64,000 bases of DNA from Amphiscolops sp. MND2022 (taxonomy: Eukaryota): NCBI GenBank assembly GCA_964187785.1, contig OZ076409.1, positions 64,916,001 to 64,980,000 of the forward strand, in the 5' to 3' direction. The position numbers and the translations under genes are program-made. Under the pieces are notes generated by a model, which saw nothing but the letters and a program-made list of their open reading frames with translations, made no database searches and was not told the origin of the DNA. Every line of letters begins with the position of its first letter. Position 1 is the first letter of the stretch. This document shows positions 1 to 8,084 of this stretch, one piece after another.

Positions 1-737
1 TGCATATATTTATACAATTCTTTAATAAATTGATATCTGATTGATTTTTTATCTCCATAATTTAGATCATATTTCATATCATTTAGGAAAGTATAAATTG
101 AGTCCCAGTTATTTATTTGTTTGTCAAATTGCGTATTAGTTATAAAATATTGAAGATCTGGGTCATTTAAATTGTATGAATTCCCATTCTCGAAAGTTAT
201 TGTTGAACCTTTGATTAGCACTTGTTGTGGGTTATGGGGATTAATTATGAATATATTTGGATAGTCTTGTATAAATGGTTCTAAACTAAATTGACTTTTG
301 TTTTTGTCATTAAGTAAATTAGAAACTGTTTTTACAATACTGGAATCAACTTGATTGGAAGTAACAAGACTTGTAAGAAGCTGATTATTACGATTCGTAA
401 TTTCATCATATTCTTGTATTCCTTCTTTAATTGATTTCTGTAAATTTTTATTCAAAGCGTTACTCGATTCTCGAATAGCCTGTGTTTGATTTTTTATTGC
501 TTGTACTGTTTGTGAAGCTGCGCGCGAAGCTTCGCGGGTAGAATCATGTAGTGCTTGTATTTGTTTTTCATTTGCTTCTACCTGCTTTGTAGTAACAGGT
601 TCAAAAACTTCTTCAAGGTCATAATGAAAGTCTTGTTTCCCTAGTTTCTCTTTTAATCTTTCTTTAAAAATTAAGGATTTTGTTTCTTGTAATTTTTTTA
701 ATTTTTCCAAGTCATCTCGGGTGTGAATTGAATACAT
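1..737 (-). CDS. Polinton uncharacterised coiled-coil protein, runs off the window edge (MYSIHTRDDLEKLKKLQETK...LEEVFEPVT...)
   Basis: Open frame read manually from ATG 737 to the window start. It is preceded by the same TAATAAATG motif as its neighbours. It is absent from the ORF track because it has no stop in the window. Confidence 0.7.
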   Translation of the reverse strand, partial: MYSIHTRDDLEKLKKLQETKSLIFKERLKEKLGKQDFHYDLEEVFEPVTTKQVEANEKQIQALHDSTREASRAASQTVQAIKNQTQAIRESSNALNKNLQKSIKEGIQEYDEITNRNNQLLTSLVTSNQVDSSIVKTVSNLLNDKNKSQFSLEPFIQDYPNIFIINPHNPQQVLIKGSTITFENGNSYNLNDPDLQYFITNTQFDKQINNWDSIYTFLNDMKYDLNYGDKKSIRYQFIKELYKYM

Positions 738-763
738 TTATTAAGTATAATTAATGCATATAA

Positions 764-1300
764 CTAGTGGATTTTCCCCAGATACAGGCCTTTACCATTA
801 GTTCTTGCTTTTCTGTTTGTGTTGCTTGTGTTAGCTGCTTTGCTGCCGTTGCCTGCTGCTTTGCCTGCTTTGCTGCGATGGCTTCCGCCTTTACTCGACA
901 ATGCTTCGGCTTTGTATAGGCCCTTCCCTTGATGAACAAATTTAATAACATCGGGGGCAGTTGCGGCAATTAATCGTGGATTTTTACTTGCTGCTGCAGT
1001 TCCAATGTTTGCTGCTATTTCTAGAGCTCTTGCTGGGTTATTGAGTATTTTCTTTCCAACATTTTTGGCTGCAGAACCTAAATGTTTGAAAAAGTCCCCC
1101 AATCCTTCCCCATCTATTGTTCGTTCAGATACAATTAGACTCTTATTTCTGTTACACACTACACAGTTGCCACGTAATGTGTGTACGGGCCTGCCCATCT
1201 GTATCCCAGTGTTTGTAATTTCTCCATGAATATTTGTGGTGGGGGAATAATGTTTTCCACCAACACAATATGAATTATTTATAAATTTATTATAACTCAT
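764..1300 (-). CDS. Polinton virion core / candidate membrane-lytic protein (178 aa)
   Basis: N-terminal YCxxxxH...CxxC zinc-ribbon-like part. IDGE|G matches the adenain consensus (M/I/L)xGx|G and is followed by the amphipathic GLGDFFKHLGSAAKNVGKKIL. Basic G/A/K-rich tail with GKGLY twice. Confidence 0.6.
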   Translation of the reverse strand: MSYNKFINNSYCVGGKHYSPTTNIHGEITNTGIQMGRPVHTLRGNCVVCNRNKSLIVSERTIDGEGLGDFFKHLGSAAKNVGKKILNNPARALEIAANIGTAAASKNPRLIAATAPDVIKFVHQGKGLYKAEALSSKGGSHRSKAGKAAGNGSKAANTSNTNRKARTNGKGLYLGKIH

Positions 1301-1329
1301 TTATTAGAAAAAAATTGTATTAAATCCTA

Positions 1330-2673
1330 TCATATTTTGATAATTTGAATTGTGAAGGTGAGTGTCTCCCCGTTGAAATCAACTGAATCATGATTAGAGT
1401 CCTCAAGGAAAAATTGGATGGTGTCCAGTCGTGTTTTGTTAATTGATTTGTACAAAACAGTTGTGGGTTCTTTTATAATTTTATATCCGGGAGGTGCGCT
1501 TAAATTGAAAGAAAATAAAATTTGCTCTCGTATACCATTAACAATTGAACCATCTACACAGTCGCACTTCAGATGAACTTTGTCGGTGGTTGTTATCATG
1601 ACTGGTTTTTCTGATTCATGTGTTCCGGGTGGGTACACTGTGTGTGTAAAGCCCAAGACTGTGTTAAGTTTGGAGTTAAATTGAATATTGTTTGAGGTTG
1701 TTAAAACTGATTTCATTGATATTGTGTCAGGTATTAAATCAAATTTGAAATCATAATCACTTTCATTAATTTTTTGTTTAATAGCATTATTTATATCAAC
1801 TAGTTCATAAACTCCTGGTGTTAGATAAATTTCAAAGAAATCGTTTTCAACAATGTCAAAAGGGGGTAAATTTATTTCTTTTATTTGCGAAGCTACGCGG
1901 TTTGTTTGGTTTACTTGCGAAGATACGCGGTTTACTTCGCCATCTTCGTCATCTTCGTCATCTTCGTGATTTTCTTGGGTTGTTTGGTTTACTTCGTGCG
2001 GAGCTGTGTGTGAAGCTTCATCCTCCAAAAATATTTCCTCCCACTTTATTTCTTCCCAATTTATTTTTACCTGTTTTAGGTGATCTTTGTATTCTTTAAT
2101 TATTCTTTCTCGATTTAGTTTTGCGAGGCTTTGCTCTTGTTTTAATTTTTCTTGGTTTATTGTTTCCTGGTTGAGGCGATTGTTGTATATTTCAATGAGT
2201 GATTTAACTATCTTTGTTAAATAATCGAAATCTATTCTAGTAAGTTTATTCTTTTTAGAATAACTATTAGTAATAAGTTTATTGGCCTTTTCTACAAATT
2301 CATTATACTCACTAAGTGTGTAAGGTTTACCAAAATAAGTAACGTATAAATCTTCAACAAACAGTATTAATCCACTATCAAGTTTAAGTTCTTTGAGTTG
2401 TTGATCATTCAGAATAATTTGTAGTTTGTTATTCTTTTCAGTAATGTTATATACAGTGTTGTATACTTCTAAACTTGTTACTCCCATCATCCATTTTTCA
2501 GGCAGTAGTAATGGAACATCAAATGAGAAAGATTCTTTCTGTTTAGTCATTTTAAATTCTAGAGTTTCTTGTGGTTTAGAATGAGTGTTTTCAACAATTT
2601 CTTGATTAGATTTTGCAATACTTAAAAGAAGAGATTCTTTTTTATCATATGTTACGAAGCTTGATAGATCCAT
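1330..2673 (-). CDS. Minor capsid protein (penton-like single jelly-roll) with a large internal insertion
   Basis: Motifs typical of Polinton minor capsid proteins: YNITEKNN, LTPGVYEL..IN, LGF, VHLKCDCVDGSIVNG..ILFSF, PPGYKI, DFNGE..TF at the C-terminus. Confidence 0.75.
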   Translation of the reverse strand: MDLSSFVTYDKKESLLLSIAKSNQEIVENTHSKPQETLEFKMTKQKESFSFDVPLLLPEKWMMGVTSLEVYNTVYNITEKNNKLQIILNDQQLKELKLDSGLILFVEDLYVTYFGKPYTLSEYNEFVEKANKLITNSYSKKNKLTRIDFDYLTKIVKSLIEIYNNRLNQETINQEKLKQEQSLAKLNRERIIKEYKDHLKQVKINWEEIKWEEIFLEDEASHTAPHEVNQTTQENHEDDEDDEDGEVNRVSSQVNQTNRVASQIKEINLPPFDIVENDFFEIYLTPGVYELVDINNAIKQKINESDYDFKFDLIPDTISMKSVLTTSNNIQFNSKLNTVLGFTHTVYPPGTHESEKPVMITTTDKVHLKCDCVDGSIVNGIREQILFSFNLSAPPGYKIIKEPTTVLYKSINKTRLDTIQFFLEDSNHDSVDFNGETLTFTIQIIKI

Positions 2674-2721
2674 TTATTAAGAAAAAAATCCTTTTTTCTC
2701 AGCTCCGCGAAGCTGCGCGCA

Positions 2722-2970
2722 TTATAGATTAAATTGTTTGAATCCACTAGCGGAAATGTTATTTATAAATTCTTGCCTATCTTTTGATAATGTTTTCTTA
2801 TGTGTGAAACTCTGCGGCTTCGATGAATTTTTTCCATGATTTTGATTTTGATTGTGAAGCTGTTCTGCGTTAGCTGTCGCGGAGCTGTGCGTGAAATTTT
2901 GTGCGTTAGCTGTCGCGAAGCTGTGCGAGATAATTTTATATTGAGTTGAATAAGTATTTATTTTCTTCAT
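2722..2970 (-). CDS. Small Polinton ORF of unknown function (82 aa)
   Basis: ATG overlaps the protease stop (ATGA) and sits in the shared TAATAAATG motif. The ORF fills the gap between protease and penton genes. Confidence 0.5.
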   Translation of the reverse strand: MKKINTYSTQYKIISHSFATANAQNFTHSSATANAEQLHNQNQNHGKNSSKPQSFTHKKTLSKDRQEFINNISASGFKQFNL

Positions 2971-3416
2971 TTATTAGGTTTGAAAGTTTGATAGTATAAA
3001 TTTAGTACTGCATTTTTGAACCCAATTTTATTTGTGAGATACAGTGTGTATAAACAATACGCCGCGCAATAACTGTCGTTGGTCTGAATTTGATATTCTG
3101 AATAAATACCATTTTTAATATGATTAAGTATATTAGTTGGGGGTGGGCAGCCATATGAATCAAAATAATTTTGATTTGTAAACATAACCCAATGTGTTCC
3201 CACTGAGGGATGTAAGTTAACTATACCACTGGTAGTGTTAAACTTATCATCTCTCATGTATATTCCACAGCTTTGCCCACACACTGTATTTATTTCGCCG
3301 GAGGCACCAAGCCTATCAAGTATTTCTTTTATTTTTACATTGGAAGTTGCTTCGTTTTTTAGTCCGTATTTTTCAACAAATTCTTTGAATGATAAATAAT
3401 TGCGAAGCTGCGCCAT
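2967..3416 (-). CDS. Adenain-like (adenovirus/Polinton maturation) cysteine protease
   Basis: GIVNL...GTHWV...YFDSYG...QIQ...YCAAYC supplies the catalytic H, D, Q and C in adenain order. Confidence 0.88.
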   Translation of the reverse strand: MAQLRNYLSFKEFVEKYGLKNEATSNVKIKEILDRLGASGEINTVCGQSCGIYMRDDKFNTTSGIVNLHPSVGTHWVMFTNQNYFDSYGCPPPTNILNHIKNGIYSEYQIQTNDSYCAAYCLYTLYLTNKIGFKNAVLNLYYQTFKPNK

Positions 3417-3640
3417 TTATTAGTTATTTTTCATTGGTGTGTATTAATATTGTACGAGGCTGCGCGTGGCTAAAATTATTTCCCATGTGGTAAAAATACA
3501 AAACCCATAGGCATGCTCATTTGCATTTGTATATGCATTGACATGCCTATGGTAAACTCAAAGCCCATCGGGAGTCCGTTCCACTAAGAGTTTCCACAGC
3601 AGGGATTATCCTTTTTAAGAACTGTGCCATTGGTGATTAT

Positions 3641-3758
3641 TCTCCCATAACATGTAAGTTGTAACAAAGACTGGGGGACGTTGGATAGAAGTGAACCCCA
3701 AACACTCCGGCCGAAGCCTTAACTTTAGTCAATGCTATAACCACTAAGCTATGGGAGA
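3641..3758 (-). ncRNA. Candidate structured Pol III-type small RNA in the Polinton subterminal region
   Basis: 9-bp terminal inverted repeat (TCTCCCATA/TATGGGAGA), A-box-like TAGCTTAGTGG, GGC-TTCG-GCC hairpin, and a GGAGTG..CACTTC stem with a weak B-box. No adjacent T-run terminator. Confidence 0.3.
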
Positions 3759-3803
3759 CAAAAATGTGTTAGTTGTAGTTATATAAGAATAACGTATGCG
3801 CCG

Positions 3804-3910
3804 GTACATTAACGCTGGTTGTACATTAACGCTGGTTGTGCATTAACGCTGGTTGTACATTAACGCTGGTTGTACATTAACGCTGGTTGTGCATTAATGC
3901 TGGTTGTACA
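3804..3910. repeat. Six tandem 17-bp repeats GT(A/G)CATTAA(C/T)GCTGGTT in the Polinton terminal region
   Basis: Units start at 3804, 3821, 3838, 3855, 3872 and 3889, with no spacers. Confidence 0.95.
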
Positions 3911-5874
3911 GCAACGTGTTATTATTACACATTGCGTAGCTTCGCGATAGCTTTCGCGCATCATAGAGGTTAGTGAATTTTGCTTCATGGTAAAAACACT
4001 ATTTTTGATGATTTGTTTTCTAAAAAGTCCTTAAAATCAATGGTTTTGAGTACTTTTAATTTTTGGGGTTTTTGTGGCCCGTATCGGGATTTCCACTACT
4101 ACTCCGGGGCGGCTAGGATAGCAGATCTCTATCTATGTAATCACACGTTATAATTGTGACCATGAAAAAAGGTGAAGAAACTATTTTGAAGAAAACGGCC
4201 AAGAATCTGGTACACTATGCCGCAATTTGTTCAGGTTTTGGTCACGTTTGCAACATGTTCAATGACTAATGGGTCCTTTCGCGTTCAAGGTGAAAGGAAA
4301 TACCTAAATAATTACAAAGTAAGCGTGACCGCATTTTTCATCGAGTGTTTCCAAGGAGACAGTTATTAGATCCTTACCTCAAAGAAGAATTTTCGACCAT
4401 GCAGAAAAACAGCTTTCAAAAGCTGATGCGCGTTTCAGAACTTGCTACATATTTGCAGTTTGTTGAAACCTTTCTTGAATTTGGTTGTCACCTGTTTAAT
4501 TTTTGGTTTAATTTAATATAGACAAAAATCAAATTTCATTTTCAAGACAATGATTCAGTATAACAATATTTTTTTCTTTCAAGTCAAGACTGCTTTAAAC
4601 ACAGGGCATGTCTTTGATGTCATTGTTTTGAAATTGACCTTCATATTTAGAATCGGTTTCAAATCGAATGAGCGGGTTGTTCATCGCAGGCATATATCTC
4701 GCGGAGTTGGCAAAACGGAAACAGTACGTTATTTATGTCAGATATTTCATATTTCAATAGACAATCAGACTACAATTGCAAATTGAATTGTGAGTAAATA
4801 AAACCCTGTTTTTCTGCTTTTCCTACTCCGAGTTGTGCTCTCAAGAAAATCCGAGTCTCGAAAACATGCATTCCTAGCCAGATAGATGACGAGGGAGTCG
4901 TGCTCACAGTAGTCACCGGAAGTAAATTTGAATTGAGAATAAGTATTCACCATCTTTCCATCAAGCCTCTGCGAACAAACCAGCATAACTTTTGCCAAAG
5001 ACAAAAAATAATTTACAAAAAAAACGTTTAGTTAAATCGCACGTTGAAAATCGTTTAACATGCCAACCGTGTTCACACGTAAGTGATCTGTTGTCCGTTT
5101 CTTCGAGGTTCAGATTAAAATGTCTCATGAGCGGTAATATTAAGGGCGCCCAAAGTCTATGTACTTTGGTCAAAACGGTACTGTTTTCAGTTCACAATGG
5201 AACTGAAAGCATGGACCGTGATGCAACGCGAGCTTTGTTCCGTATGGCAACTCGCCTCATACCAAAATCAGCAACCAAGGTTTTGACATCACGAATTATG
5301 TTAATCGTTATCGCTAATACGATTACTCAATGATAAACTTCACTCGTACTATTATAACGCTCAACTTCAAGTCTGTGTCTAGACGGAATTGAACATTTAT
5401 TCATCTCGCGAATCGAAAAAAATGAAACTGAACAATTTTATAAGCCGTAAAAACAAAATTTCCCATTATAAAAAATGTTGAAACAGCAAAAAAACGAGCA
5501 ATTTTGAATTTTCCTGCATTTCACTAGTTGCAACACGGATCGCTGAATTATTCACATGCAGCTTCTAATCCGCAAAACTGATGATTAAATGGTGTCAAAA
5601 TTTTGCTAGCTAACACATCAACTTAGGTAGTACATGGAAATGCATATTACTATATTAAGTGAGCGAATTCGAGAAAACATGGAATCGGAATAGCTACACA
5701 GAGGCGAAGCCGTGCTTCGCAAACACTTGCGAACTTTTGAAGAAAACCAAATAAGGAAAATCATACGGAGAACCAAGGGTAAAAGGACATTTATTGTTGA
5801 AATTTCATCTATTTTACAGCGCCAAAAAATACCCGAAGAGATACGCATAAATCTCATAGTGCCAAAAAATCTGA

Positions 5875-6908
5875 ACACAGAGGCGAAGCGGTGCTTCGCA
5901 ACACATGACGAAGACAACTATTATTTTAATATGCGTATATATATTATTTTAATCGCATGCGTATATATTCAACAGTTCAACTTTATTCAATAACGTCCTT
6001 ATGGCACAGTGGTTAACACTTATGCCGCGCAATCGGGAGGCTGCAGGTTCGAATCTCTCTGGGGTTTTGGCTTTTCTCTAAAAGGCGCTTATTATGAAGT
6101 TGGCTATTGTGGAAAAAAAACTTTTAGCTGGACTGCAATGCACATTGACTTCGTCATGTGCAAAAAAGGGACCCTTTGGGATTTTTTAACATTCGTTCTA
6201 TTGCAAAATATCAAACAAATTGAAGGGAGGACCCTTTGGATACATTAACACAGAGGCGAAGCGGTGCTTCGCAACACATGACGAAGACATCGATTATTTT
6301 AATATGCGTATATATATTATTTTAATCGCATGCGTATATATTCAACAGTTCAACTTTGTTCAATAACGTCCCTATGGCACAATGGTCAACACTTATGCCG
6401 TGCAATCGGGAGGCTGCAGGTTCGAATCTCTCTGGGGTTTTGGCTTTTTTCTAAAAGGCACTCATTATGAAGTTGACTATAGTGGAAAAAACTTACTTAG
6501 CTGGACTGCAATGCACATTGACTTCGTCATGTGCAAAAAAGGGACCCTTTGGGATTTTTTAACATTCGTTCTATTGCAAAATATCAAACAAATTGAAGGG
6601 AGGACCCTTTGGATACATTAACACAGAGGCGAAGCGGTGCTTCGCAACACATGACGAAGACATCGATTATTTTAATATGCGTATATATATTATTTTAATC
6701 GCATGCGTATTTATTCAACAGTTCAACTTTGTTCAATAACGTCCCTATGGCACAATGGTCAACACTTATGCCGTGCAATCGGGAGGCTGCAGGTTCGAAT
6801 CTCTCTGGGGTTTTGGCTTTTTTCTAAAAGGCACTCATTATGAAGTTGACTATAGTGGAAAAAAACTTACTTAGCTGGACTGCAATGCACATTGACTTCG
6901 TCATGTGC
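5875..6908 (-). mobile_element. Three tandem HINE-A copies (about 290 bp each, period 373 bp) with a tRNA-derived cassette
   Basis: Copies start at 5875, 6248 and 6621. SubTIRs CACATGACGAAG / CTTCGTCATGTG and hairpin GCGAAGC-ggt-GCTTCGC. Plus-strand A box TGGCACAGTGG and B box GGTTCGAATC (e.g. 5995-6066). Confidence 0.75.
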
Positions 6909-6983
6909 AAAAAAGGGGGAGAAGTCTCATAGTGCCGAAAAAAGTGAGAACCTTCTGCTTCGGAATACTTCTTAAAAAAATCA

Positions 6984-7057
6984 GCGCATACGCACGGATT
7001 CGAACACGAACCCTCTGGGTTGAAAGGCAAGCATCTTACCACTAGACCACGAACGCC
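6984..7057 (-). pseudogene. tRNA-Glu(TTC)-like sequence inside HINE-C
   Basis: GGCGTTCGTGGTCTAGTGGTAAGATG...CTTTCAA...GTGTTCGAATCCG...CGTATGC: A and B boxes, a partly paired acceptor stem and a weak anticodon stem. Confidence 0.6.
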
Positions 7058-8084
7058 TGAACTATGCGACTTGCGGGCTGAAACGAGAGAGTTGTCGCCC
7101 GGAAAAAAAGCACCCGCACTTTCCCATAACACTTGCTTATCGCAAGTGTAATCAATGTATTAATGTATTTTGTGGCGGTTTATTCCTACAACTTTGGTTG
7201 ATCATGAAAATACAATTAATTTGACTCGGTTGCCGTTTCCTCATATTTTCACATTTTAATTTTCAGTTGGCGCATTTTGTAACATGTGCCGACTTGATCT
7301 ACGTAACCACATGAGACCAAAGGGTCCCCTTGGGATGTTCTCGGCACTGTGCAACTTTTTTAATATCGCCATACGGTAGCCCTTGTGAATACTTGAGAAC
7401 TTTTCGGCACAGAGAGTTTTTGGATTTTCTATAAAACAGCGTTTCAATAGTTGATCGACTAGCTTTTAGAGGTTTGAGCGGGGAGTCGACTTTAGACGTT
7501 CTTAAACAACGTTTCTGTCTGGAGAATTTTCTCAAGAGAGTGTAATTGGGAAAACTTTGCACTTTTTGAACCTCATGCGGGGAGCCGGCTTGAAAAGTTG
7601 TTGTATTGTTTTTGAAAGGGTGACCAACTTCGAGCATTGTCGCCAAAAACGGTCGAGAATGGGGCCCCGATGATTTAATAAATCATTGCTCCTCGAAACT
7701 GAAGAGGATTCATCTTGAACTGAAGAGAAATCTTTTCAAAGAGCAATTAGATCAAATTGCAATAAGCTATTGAATAAAGTTCGCAAATAAATTGAATTTA
7801 ACTATTATCTAAAAATTTGGGTAAAATAAAATGATTTCTAATATTGTTTCTATGAGGAAAATATTTGAACTGCGCAATAAATTTGAACACTATTTGATTC
7901 ATAAAAAACTATAGCATTTGAAATGTGCTGGTTGCATTGAAAAGAATTTGAGACACTGATTCGTATGATTGCATTCATCCGATTCACCGCACGAAAATTG
8001 AAACCGAACAATTATTGGAACGAGCGATTGGTCGAAAATTCGACCCCAGTCATTCAGCATAAAGCGGTGAAGTATAAAAATGTA

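Larger units (their letters stand above)
735..3422 (-). promoter_or_regulatory. TAATAAATG initiator motif at all five Polinton start codons (plus-strand CATTTATTA at 735, 1298, 2671, 2968, 3414)
   Basis: Exact 9-mer at 5 of 5 starts. The regulatory role is inferred. Confidence 0.65.
1..4103 (-). mobile_element. Terminal part of a Polinton/Maverick (adintovirus-like) endogenous dsDNA virus; the rest lies left of the window
   Basis: Five compact, intronless, co-oriented ORFs, including an adenain-like protease and a penton-like protein. Ends in ACTACTACT at 4095-4103 (AGTAGTAGT on the minus strand), a typical Polinton terminus. Subterminal tandem repeats are present. The TSD cannot be checked because the other end is absent. 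Confidence 0.85.
5696..7151 (-). mobile_element. Helentron-associated non-autonomous element (HINE family C) hosting nested HINE-A copies
   Basis: Subterminal inverted repeats ACACTTGCGA (5723) and TCGCAAGTGT (7140). Terminal hairpin GCGAAGC-cgt-GCTTCGC (5704-5720). Internal IR ACACTTGC (7129) next to the 5' subTIR, as in DINE-1 architecture. Confidence 0.6.

Noticed and set aside
3804..3910. CRISPR-like array
   Set aside because: Repeats are directly adjacent with no unique spacers, the context is eukaryotic and no cas genes are present.
4130..5600. Continuation of the Polinton or host exons
   Set aside because: Lies outside the AGTAGT terminus. Its short ORFs lack the TAATAAATG motif and any recognisable domain.
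5995..6066. Functional tRNA-Cys gene (also in the other HINE-A copies)
   Set aside because: Acceptor, D and T stems pair poorly and it always lies inside the repeat. Treated as a tRNA-derived cassette.
6009..6621. Repeated 79-aa ORFs (MVNTYA..) as a gene family
   Set aside because: They are translations of the HINE-A repeat with non-conserved starts and ends.
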